Shown here piece by piece: positions 1 to 10,485 of a DNA stretch of 64,000 bases. Positions within the stretch are counted from its first letter, which is position 1; each line of letters begins with the position of its first letter. Source of the stretch: Octopus sinensis (Eukaryota); assembly GCF_006345805.1 (NCBI RefSeq), contig NC_043002.1:27280001-27344000 (forward strand), written 5' to 3'. Under the pieces are notes generated by a model, which saw nothing but the letters and a program-made list of their open reading frames with translations, had not been told where the DNA came from and did no database searches. A program made the translations under genes and the position numbers.

Positions 1-11
1 TATATATATAT

Positions 12-45
<34 letters not shown>

Positions 46-150
46 CATATATATTTATACTTATATATATATATATATATTATATATATATATATATATA
101 ATATATATATATACATATATATATATATACATATATATTTATACTTATAT

Positions 151-217
<67 letters not shown>

Positions 218-257
218 TATACATATATTATATTTATATATATATATATATATATAA
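1..257. repeat. (TA)n microsatellite, imperfect
   Basis: Direct reading. Similar (TA)n/(CA)n/(TACA)n tracts recur throughout and explain the YIYI/THTH ORFs. Confidence 0.98.
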
Positions 258-413
258 GTAGACAAATGAATTATCTTATTATGGATAATTCGAACGATAA
301 CCGATACCTAGGTAGCAAACTCACAACAGAAAAGGCACGGTTGAAGTTACGACCATAGGACATAAAATCCGTGCCTTAGTGCGGAAATTTGAAGTTTTAT
401 ATATTAAGCATAG

Positions 414-1135
414 GAAAGAATGGAGCTGAACGAAGATTTAACAAAATTCCTTTATTTTATTTTTGACATATGTTTCGAAGTGTGCAAAGTCCCTAATTCC
501 GAGTGAATAAGGAGTCCATTATGCAGCTTTCCCTTCAGGAAAATCCAGGAACTTAATTCTCCAACAAAATGCACAACAAGCTTTTCGACGACTGCTCACG
601 AGGAACCCATAAAAATAATGATAAATAATGTCTATTTATAGGGGGTGACGCCAGATTGGATGAAAGCATGAGAAATTGTCCGTTGACATAGTTCAAGGGC
701 AGAATCAAGCTAGGAGAAGGAAGGTATAGAAAAATTAAAGAGAGTGAATGTATTCTGTATGACTGGTGTTTATATTTGATTTATTTTATGGATGAATACA
801 TTCACTCTCTTTAATTTTCCTATACCTTCCTTCTCCTACCTTGATTCTGCCCTTGAACTATGTCAACGGACAATTTCTCCTGCTTTCATCCAATCTGGCG
901 TCACCCCCTATAAATAGACATTATTTATCATTATTTTTATGGGCTCCTCGTGAGCAGTCGTCGAAAAGCTTGTTGTGCATTTTGTTGGAGAATTAAGTTC
1001 CTGGATTTTCCTGAAGAGAAAGCTGCATAATGGACTCCTTATTCACTCGGCATTAGGGACTTTTCAGACTTCGAAACATATGTCGAAAATAAAATAAAGG
1101 AATTTTGTTAAATCTTCGTTCAGCTCCATTCTTTC
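414..1135. mobile_element. Foldback unit with 342-bp inverted arms and 38-bp spacer; PLE pseudo-LTR-like, HHR-bearing
   Basis: 414-755 is the reverse complement of 794-1135 with about 9 differences. TATAAATA box near 909 in the right arm. Confidence 0.85.
1005..1090 (+). ncRNA. Type I hammerhead ribozyme motif with long stem II
   Basis: ATTTTC-CTGAAGA(1011-1017)-55 nt-GAAA(1073)-CATATG-TC/GAAAAT. 6-bp stem I, palindromic stem III, predicted cleavage after C1084. Confidence 0.75.
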
Positions 1136-1139
1136 GTAT

Positions 1140-1217
<78 letters not shown>

Positions 1218-1255
1218 GCGTGTGTGTGTACATGTATACATATATATATATATAT

Positions 1256-1720
1256 GCGCGAGGCTGTGTGGTAAGAGATTTGCTTCAAAACCCGCATGCT
1301 TCCGGATCCAGACCCACTGCGTGGCACCTTGGGCCGGTGTCTTCTACTATAGTTTCAGGCCGACCAAAGCCTTTAGAGTGGATTTTGTAAGTAGAAACTG
1401 AAAAAACCCCGTTGTATATGTATGTGTGTGAGTGAATGTGTGTGTGTGTGTGTGTGTGTGTGTGTCGGTGTGTGTGTGTCTTTATGTCTGTGTTTGTCCC
1501 CCAACCATCGCTAGACAGCCGATGTTGCCATGTTTAAGTCCCCGTAACTTAGCGACCCAGCAAGCTGGACCAATGGAATAACTTTTAGACTCATAAAGCA
1601 AAGAATATCCCGTGGAGTCGATTTCTTCGACTAAAACCCGCATCCGAAAGCATGCGGGTTTTGAAGCAAATGATGTTCCAGCATGGCCGCTATCAAATGA
1701 CTGAAGCAAATACAAGAAAT
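1256..1720 (+). mobile_element. tRNA-derived SINE (family A)
   Basis: A/B-box-like head (ggctgtgtggtaag...ggatccagaccc), central ccaaagcctt..gagtggattt..gaaactg domain, (TG)n, 3' cagcatggccgc..tgactgaa tail. Homologous to 19237-19651. Confidence 0.9.
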
Positions 1721-1774
1721 GAATATATATATATTCATATATATATATGCCTGTGTGTATGCATGTAAGTATGC

Positions 1775-1828
<54 letters not shown>

Positions 1829-1933
1829 AGATGTACGTGCATAGCATGTGAGCTGATCTGAGATCTGAGATTGTGTGCTGGAACGAAAACAATTGCATAT
1901 CTATATGTGTGTGTGTGTGTATGTGTGTCTTTA

Positions 1934-1974
<41 letters not shown>

Positions 1975-1992
1975 TATATATACAACGACAGG

Positions 1993-2137
<145 letters not shown>

Positions 2138-2891
2138 GATATGTGGATGTCTATTTACTTATGTCAATGTGCTTATCCCAGTGTTTACACTCGCTGTCAC
2201 AAGACTGTGCTTTCGATTCCCAGGACGATGTTTTGAGTTCCTGTGCAAAACTGTTTTCCCAGTCCATTCATCTGCTAAAGACTGGTGTTCTGTTAAAAAG
2301 GAATGTTAGCCTGCACGCCTCTTTAGCTTAGTGGTATCATTCGAAAGGTACAACAATGCGAAGGAGAAGTGTACAACTACATCCGATAGTCTCCGTGTAA
2401 AAAATGAAGCTGAGCCGCATTGTTATTAAACATATGCACGTCCAACAGAATGTGTTTCGTGTTACTTTAACAGGTTTTGTCATTTGCATGCATGCTGGGG
2501 CAACGTAAATAGACGGTTTGGCTCAGAAACAATATAAATCGTCCGTTCCTGAAATCGAAACTACAATCATAAAATCGTGGGCGCGGCCTCCTAAACCGTA
2601 AGCCGTGTGCTTCCACATATACAGACACACGCAGACAACTAGTCCACCCCACTTCACACACATGAAACGGCGTAAGTTTCTCTACTGGGTCTGACTTCTA
2701 CAGAAACCTGTAGATATAAACTAAAAAAACAAATGGAAATGAGAATATCGCACTGCTTAAACAAAAGTAAGTCACAATATTGATTGTAAACCTTTAATAT
2801 ACTTGTGAACGAATACTGTGTTCTTTCTAGCAATATATACAGACACACAAACACACACGCACACACACACATATATATGTGTATATATATA

Positions 2892-2930
<39 letters not shown>

Positions 2931-2938
2931 AAAATAAG

Positions 2939-3231
2939 AAAAAACACTATTATGCAATTCAAACAATGATAGACGTAAAGCAAATCATAAATAAAAAATA
3001 AAATGTATTTTTTAAAACAAATAACTAGATCACAAAACTACAAAAATGTATAAATAATATAAGTAAAAATACTTATTTACTTATTATAGATTACTTATTA
3101 CTTATCAAATATTGTTTATTCATTTTTGTACTTTTTGTGATCTAGTTATTTGTTTTAAAAATATTTATTATTTTTTTTATGATTAGGTTTATGTCTATCT
3201 TTGTTTGAATTGCATAATAATGGCTTTTTTT
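2939..3231. repeat. Imperfect AT-rich inverted repeat, ~120-bp arms, ~48-bp spacer
   Basis: ttatgcaattcaaacaa...taactagatcacaaaa pairs with ttttgtgatctagtta...ttgtttgaattgcataa. Confidence 0.8.
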
Positions 3232-3300
3232 AATCTAATATACATATATTATATGTTTATATTGTGAAATTTGATGTAATACTAAATTGAAAATTTCCCC

Positions 3301-3352
<52 letters not shown>

Positions 3353-3379
3353 TGTATGTATGTATGTATGTATGTATGT

Positions 3380-3930
3380 TATTGTCAGGTCACTTTCGAG
3401 TAACATTTAACCCAGTACAACCTGTTGCATGGTCGGGTCGTCGGCGACTAAACCAGCAACCCCACCAAGCTTGCTTGGTGAGGAGGGTGTTTATTGGACA
3501 CTCTGCGGGGTGAATAACAAAGCCCGTTAAAGGGCGGAGCAACTCTTGAGAGTTAACGGCCATCCAATAAATACAGTCTTAAGGCTGTATCATGCGCGGA
3601 GACATAGAAATAATCGGACTGAATACCCGATCACGCGGTTAAACTATTGGGGGTGAAGGACTCCTAGTCTCTGTTAGGGCATCCTTCTAGGAGAAGGTAA
3701 CTCAGGTAACTGGGATAACTCCGACATAAAACCTGCGGCTCAGTGGTTACCGATGATGTCGACTTGTTCTTGTTTTCGGATTATGGCTGCTGTTGCTTAG
3801 TGAGTGGGATTGACTCGGTGCACAGCCTTTCCTCACTTTTAAAACAATCTTCTTGCACAGGCATTGCACGATAACATCATTGATTAAGCTTCATGCAATG
3901 GCCATACTCGATAACGGGGAGGCAGCCACC
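3380..3930 (+). mobile_element. Interspersed repeat resembling an RTE-type LINE 5' UTR
   Basis: GC-richer island within (ATGT)n. Motifs ggcgactaaaccagcaacccc and gcatccttctaggagaagg recall RTE 5' ends (from memory, not searched). Confidence 0.4.
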
Positions 3931-4727
3931 ATGTATGTATGTATGAATGAATGTATGTATACACCACACATTTATATACAGGACATCGTAATTGCGGGAC
4001 GCATTATGTCGGAATACGGTTTATGTTTTAAACTATTTTTTCTCAATATGCGTGCTTCTTATTCCTAATTACATGCGTTTAAAGTGTGATTCATTATTAT
4101 GAGGCAGCGTGTATAGAAATACACGCAAACACGCACACGCACTCACACACACATACGCACACACACACACACACACACGTATATATATATATATACACAT
4201 ACATGCAGAAAATTGAATTTACGAGATTCTTTATTCAAATGCATTACAAGTGTTCCGACTACTAATACATTTGTACCTTACAGGTGAGATACTGTACAAT
4301 TGTCTTGCATCACAGATCACAGGTTACTCGGTAATTTGGATTGGAATAGAACCACAAATATACTAAATTTCCGATCCTTGTTTATTATCTTGAGAATCAG
4401 TGCATATTTGGGCAAAAACCGAAAGTTCTCTAAGATCTTATATAATCTAAGTTTTGGTATCTATTTTACTTATATGGAGCATACTAACGTGCATCACTTT
4501 TTAAATTAACCAATGCAATAGTACCTACTCTTGTTGAAATGATGTGCTAATTTGTACAAAAGAAACCTAACGAGCCATTTTCTATGAACAACTCGGTTAC
4601 TATATAGTTAATTTCCATCTTGTGTGTAAAGTCGTAAGCGACCCAATATCAAAAATAGAGTAAATAGAGACAGAGATCCAGAAGGATTAATCAATATACA
4701 CACACACACATACACATGTATATATAT

Positions 4728-4786
<59 letters not shown>

Positions 4787-5472
4787 CGTAGGAGATATAT
4801 AACCACTAGTTAGGCAGATTATTGCTTAGCGTCATACATGTTTAGAGTGATTTTAGAGTGGATTGGAACAGTTTTGACCATTCTACTGACCAATGATCTA
4901 CCGTACTATGCTGTGGACAAAAAGTAGTTTTATCTGAGCAAGTGTTCCAGCCGCCACAAAGAAAACGTATTCACCAAGTTTTAGTTTGCCTTGGGAGATT
5001 ATTTGAACAGACTATTTAAAATTATATATACATTTTTTCAGAGACCTATACATGAGTAACATCACTTGATACGATTGTGCATTAGACCTAGGTTGCCACA
5101 TAATACCAGCCTATTGGACATCATTATAGAATTTTATAGGTTTTATTCCCTAGTAGTGTAGTTATGATAATAGTTGAATATATTCGAAGTAAAAGAGAAA
5201 CAATGATTACTAAATAAATTAATATTTACTTTCATCAGACATCAAAGCTTTTTGCAAATACAATTATATACTACCGCAATAGACATTTATTTATGTTTTG
5301 TCTGCAACATCTTTCAATATCAAGCCAGCTAAATTGATTAATACATGTTACAGCCAGTTAGCAACGCATATTAAAATATTTATACTAAAAGCATATATAG
5401 AGAGTATGGTTTGAGTTAGTATATAAACGATATGTGAGCTCCGCCTCCAAGCAAATACCAGCAATATATATA

Positions 5473-6604
5473 CAGGGTGCGTAAGGTATTGAGGAATACC
5501 ATTTTGGGGTCAGTGCTGTATTTTTTGCTAACTCTGTATAACATTTGTTTCAAAAAATAATAATGGTAGACCCTCAGGAAATGAAGAGGCATGCTGTTAC
5601 TGCATAGCTATTTAGAAATATTTCGAGTTTTAAAAGTTGTCAACTCTTTCGTCTACAGGGTTTCTAAGGGAGTTAGAGACTGAAGATGGAAATATATCAC
5701 CAGTATCAATGTATAAAAAGCATTCTAAACGCTTTGAAATCATCAAAACTCTTGAATTTATCCAGCAACTTCGACAGACCATTGATTACAATCCCAGAAA
5801 GACCATGAGGTCGATTGCTAAAGACCTCCCTGCGTCAGAAGGAAAAGTCAGAAATGTTGTCCACGAAGACATCAGAAAGAAGTCTTATATGATGAGGAAA
5901 GGTCAATTTGTGAGAAAAAGCAAAAGGAAATAATTAAACCAACAGAAAAATCCAGCAGGAAATTTGATTTGTTTTTTCTCAAACGAGAAAAACTTCGACT
6001 AATATCAAAAAGTTAACAGACGAAATAACAGATGCTTACGTGCAGACACGTCTGAAGCTCCTGCTATTGTCATGATTTTAGGGGCTGTCAGCAATGAAGG
6101 AGGTGTGATGCCTCCTTACTTCTTTCCACAAAGCCTTAGAGTTAAACTCTGCCGCATACATTGAGGCTCTAGAAATAATTGTTAAGCTCTGGATAGACAG
6201 TGTATGCAATAGAAGGCCATATGTGTTTCAGTAAGATTTTGCAATACCACACATGGCTCTGGTAAAACATAGCCACCAACATTTGGCATCCTAATTCTCC
6301 AGATCTCAATCTATGGGAATATTACATGTGGGGCGTTGATGAGAAAGAGGCCCATAACACCAAAGATCCTTTGAAAGCTGCCATAGTCAGATTAATGTCC
6401 AAAATGAACCAGGACCACTTGATTCACGTTTTTAGATGCTTTAGAAGCACATGCTGAAACTGAATGAGGCTTTATTGAATAGCATTATAGAAAATAATGT
6501 TTATTATTATCCTTATAACATTTTTTGAGAAATAATGTTATTATCTATTATTATATATATTCCTTTATAAACATAACCTGTCCTCAAATGCCATACGCAC
6601 CCTG
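5473..6604 (+). mobile_element. Decayed Tc1/mariner-superfamily element (maT/DD37D-like)
   Basis: TIRs cagggtgcgtaaggtattgagga / tcctcaaatgccatacgcaccctg, left TA. Relic transposase KTMRSIAK..VHEDIRKKSY, FFSNEKNF, FQ*D, WHPNSPDLN. Confidence 0.88.
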
Positions 6605-6677
6605 CATATAATGAGAATTTGCAGAAGCAAAAGAAGAAACGGGTGTGTAAACAACAAACAACTGTATTAGTTTAACG

Positions 6678-6748
<71 letters not shown>

Positions 6749-6945
6749 GAGAAGACAGAGACAGAGACAGACAGACAGACAGATGTGCTTATTTTCCCTT
6801 GCCACCAATCAAAACGAAAAAATAGATAAATAGTTACCAGGGTAGCAATAAATCACACAAGTAACAAGGATGTAACGCCTTGTTTTTAAAGGTAGAAATT
6901 CCGGGTTTACGTGAAATATTTTTTATAGTATACATAAATAAATAA

Positions 6946-7456
6946 ATGGAGTTGAACGCATGTGTTATTCAAATTCTTTTGCTTCCGACACGTTTCGAAA
7001 ATATCACTTGTATTATCCCAAAGGAATAGAATAGTGTAAAACAATATAATCTCTTCAGGGATATGAAGAAATGAAAGTCGTCAATAAGACATTTTAACAG
7101 AATATGATGGATATGTATAGCGATTAGCTGAACACTATTAAGTTAGTTTTAAAAAAAACGTTAGAGGATATAACGTCAAACGTAGCCTATAGCAAGAGGA
7201 GGGGTAAAGGTAAAAAAAACAACAAATAAATGAGAAGTATAAAACGATTTGTAAAGTAAATAAAACCCTGAAGCCTTGGAGAAAGAACTATCTAGTGAAT
7301 GTGAAATGTAAGAGAAAAATTAATGTGTGAATTATAAATACTGATAGATATCACTTATATAAACTAAAGGTGTGTTTCTGCCGATGTTTACATCGGTATG
7401 CACGCTCTATAACTGTGTCGGAAGTAAAAGAATTTGAATAACACCTGCGTTTAACT

Positions 7457-7460
<4 letters not shown>
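6946..7460. mobile_element. IR-bounded (46 bp) non-coding element carrying an HHR; PLE-derived candidate
   Basis: 6946-6991 is the reverse complement of 7415-7460 with few mismatches. Confidence 0.75.
6983..7062 (-). ncRNA. Type I hammerhead motif, long stem II
   Basis: Minus strand: TCC-CTGAAGA-G(55 nt)C-GAAACGTGTC/GGA. Short 3-bp stem I. Confidence 0.6.
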
Positions 7461-7500
<40 letters not shown>

Positions 7501-7820
7501 AAAGATCCCCTTCGGTCATGAATGACCATGGGATTGCACCTAGAAAGTTACCCTCCTAGACACAAGTCCGGGCAAGGTTGTTTATGGAAGACCAGCAGTC
7601 ACCCATGCATACCAGCCTCCCCTCTCCACGCCACCAGTGTTATCCATGGGAAAGACAGAGGTCGATACAGCTTGGCACCTATGACGTCGCAACTCATTTC
7701 TACAGCTGAGTGAACTGGAGCAACGTGAAATAAAGTGCCTTGCTCAAGAACACAACACGCAGCCCGGTCCGGGATTCGAGCTCACAACCTCACGATCGTA
7801 AGCTCGACGCTCTAACCACT
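7501..7820 (-). mobile_element. tRNA-derived SINE (family B, CORE-like centre)
   Basis: Minus strand: agtggttagagcg...gagctcgaatcccgg head, then tgttcttgagcaaggcactttatttcac..cactcagctgtagaaatgag. Confidence 0.85.
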
Positions 7821-7835
7821 ATATATATATACTAT

Positions 7836-8015
7836 AAGGCTGTGAGCTGGTAAAATCGTTAACTAGCCGGGCTATATGCTAAGCTGAGAGGATGAATTTT
7901 CGTTTCGTTCGTTCTTTTGCGGTCAATAAAATAACTACCAGATGAGCGCTCGGGTCGATGCAGTCGACTTAACCCTTCATATGAAATCATTGGCATGGAT
8001 CAAATTTGAAACCAA
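7836..8015 (+). mobile_element. Degenerate SINE (family C)
   Basis: ggctgtgagctggtaaaatcgtta...ggtcaataaaataactacca..ggtcgatgcagtcgac; similar to 38715-38920. Confidence 0.65.
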
Positions 8016-8601
8016 TACATATATATATATATATATAAATGTGTGTGCGTGCTTATCAATATACATATGTATATATTATTTTTGTGAGTAACGTTGTAAA
8101 CTAATTATGCATAGATTATACAAAGCGAAAGCGACAGCAAATCTATTGTCTAAAGTTCAAACAGTACCAGCAGAGTAGTGCAAACTCAAAATGCAACAAA
8201 AGTCAAACAAAATACTGAAGCGAAACCAATTAACGTTGATATAACTGATATACTACTTGAAAATGATTGCAGCCAAACGAAAAACAGAAAATCAGAAAAC
8301 AAATGAAGTAGAAAACGAAGAGAGTAGAACGCAAGGTACCTGACATTTATAAAAATGTTTTAGAAACTGATTTCTCAAGAGATAGAAAGGAACAGAATCA
8401 GTGATCGAGCCATGAGAGTAGTTATACAGTTCTTCACCTGTCATAAAGAAGTGTGCTTATTAAGAAACGAAGGGAAATCGAACACACCACTTTTTGTTTC
8501 TACTTAATTGGCTGAAAATGAAAATATTTCATATAGCTGAGTCTGAGTGCATGCCCATGTATGTATATGCATGTATCTATATGGATATGAATATGTACAA
8601 C

Positions 8602-8638
<37 letters not shown>

Positions 8639-8649
8639 AATATATATAT

Positions 8650-10320
8650 ATAGAATGGTTGTATACTGTCAATCTAACAAAAACGTGACAGTAGGGGGTA
8701 CACCACCGCTGTATAGCCCTAGGAAGCATCGAACGCCTCCTGATGGCTTTGACACATTTTTCCCTGTGTCCTTATATACATTTACGAAGGGGAGACAAAC
8801 ACCCCCGGCTGCCGAAGCTGCATCTAGGGACACGTGTTTCAGGATCGTTGTCCTTCATCGGCCTAGAGTAGCAGACACCGGTCAGCCGGTGATATTTGTC
8901 TCGACTTCGCAATTGTATATATCTATATTCAGTGAAGTCTATTCACTGATTATCAAAATAAGAAATATTGAATTTCTAAATCTCTCGTAGAGACATGTAC
9001 GGTGGTGGGGTGATAGAATGGTTGTATACTATAGAAGGGCTATACAGCGGTGGTGTACCCCCTACTGTCACGTTCTTGTTAGATTGATTCTAACTCAGGA
9101 AGAAACTGTGGACCAGGAGGTCACGTAGGTTTTGGGCTCATTTGAAGGAGTAGGTTGGAAGTGCGAAGTGGAAGAGTCGGACTGGAGTCGCCGGGAGCCT
9201 CGGAAAAATAGCGCGTTGGAGAGGCAGGGTGGGAGGATCGTAGATGAAGGGAAACGGGAGACGGGCAACGGCGGGGCGTGTGCAGAGAGAGAGTGGAGGC
9301 ACGGTCCACGAAACGTGCACTGGCAAGGGAGATGTAGTTAGTGGTGAGGGGATATCCACAAAGGATGAAGTGGTGAGCCATAAGTTGTGACTGAGCCTCA
9401 AAGTCATTGTTGTCAGCGGAGGAATTGGGAGTAGGGGATAGCGAGTTTTGTGTGGGTAGGCTTGAAGGAGGAGAAGTTGAGTGTGAGTCGGTGTGTTGTA
9501 GTGGATGGAGGTAGTGAGAGCGGAGTTGTGTATGTTGACCGAAATGTCGAAAAAGTCGAAGGAATTGTTGGAAATGGTGCAGGAGTATTCGAGGGCAAGA
9601 TGGAAGAATTGGAGTTGAGATGTTCGCGGGAGTGTAAGGTCGCACTGATACAATCATCGATAACGACCGTACAGTTCGGGGGTGGGACCACTGAATCTTG
9701 AAAACATTTTTGCCCCAACGTAGCCAACGAATAGTTACGCATAGTTGGGGCCCATTCTCGTTCACATGACCACTCCCTTGAACTCTTGGTAAAACTCCCC
9801 CGCGAACGAGAAGCAGTTCAGAGAGAGAACAAGTTCGGCCAGACGAAGAAATGCGGACATTTCAGGTTGGGGGTTTGGTTGAAGGTCTAGGAAACATTTG
9901 ACGGCAAGAAGTCCTTCGTGGTGTGGGATCACCGTATATATACGTTTGATACCAAAAGTGAAGATAAGATTAGAGGGGCTAGGGGAAAGGAGAAAGGGTT
10001 GAAAAGATGAAGAGCATGGTTAGTGTCGTGGATGTGTGAGAAGAGGGAAGCCACTAGGGGGACAAGGACATTTACAGGCGGAGACGATGGGGCGGTCAGG
10101 ATTGTTGGGTTAGTGGATGTGGGAAAGTAAGTAAATGGTGGGGTGCGAGGAGTGCGGACAGTGAGGTTGGAGTCGGTGGGAGGGGGACGGAAGAAGGAGA
10201 CGAGGTCATGGATAATGGAGGACACCGTCTGTCGGTATCTAGGCGTGGGGTTGGGGAGCAGAGGGAATTAGAAGATGTCTTGAAGTTGGCAGAGAGCTTC
10301 GGCCTTGTAGAGTTCTTGGG
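8650..10320 (-). mobile_element. Decayed Penelope-like retroelement (RT and linker) with 3' pseudo-LTR
   Basis: Frameshifted motifs IHDTNHALHLF, M*TRMGPNYA, VIDDCI, HTKLAIPYSQFLR, NLRDLLVHS. Direct plus inverted terminal repeats and an HHR at 8824-8866. Confidence 0.88.
8824..8866 (-). ncRNA. Minimal type I hammerhead (U4C core variant)
   Basis: CTAGG-CCGATGA-AGGA caacga TCCT-GAAA-CACGTG-TC/CCTAG. Stems I and II perfect, palindromic stem III. Confidence 0.8.
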
Positions 10321-10485
10321 TTAAACAGTTTTGTGTTTATTCTTCATAGAAAATCCTTTGACATTTACATTTCAAAAATAACATAACAGTCATTAAAACG
10401 GAGAAAATGGAGATTGGAAAGTTAATAATTGTTTATTATTAACAACAAACCAATCGTCAACCCTTGCTGCTGTTTCAGTTAATAC

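Noticed and set aside
4284-4330. Possible 47-nt plus-strand exon (EILYNCLASQITGYS)
   Set aside because: Splice-like dinucleotides only; too short to support without RNA data.
5170-5242. Minus-strand CTGATGA-AAGTAAA...TTTACTTC-GAATATATTC
   Set aside because: GAAA is broken and stem I is absent; at most an eroded HHR remnant.
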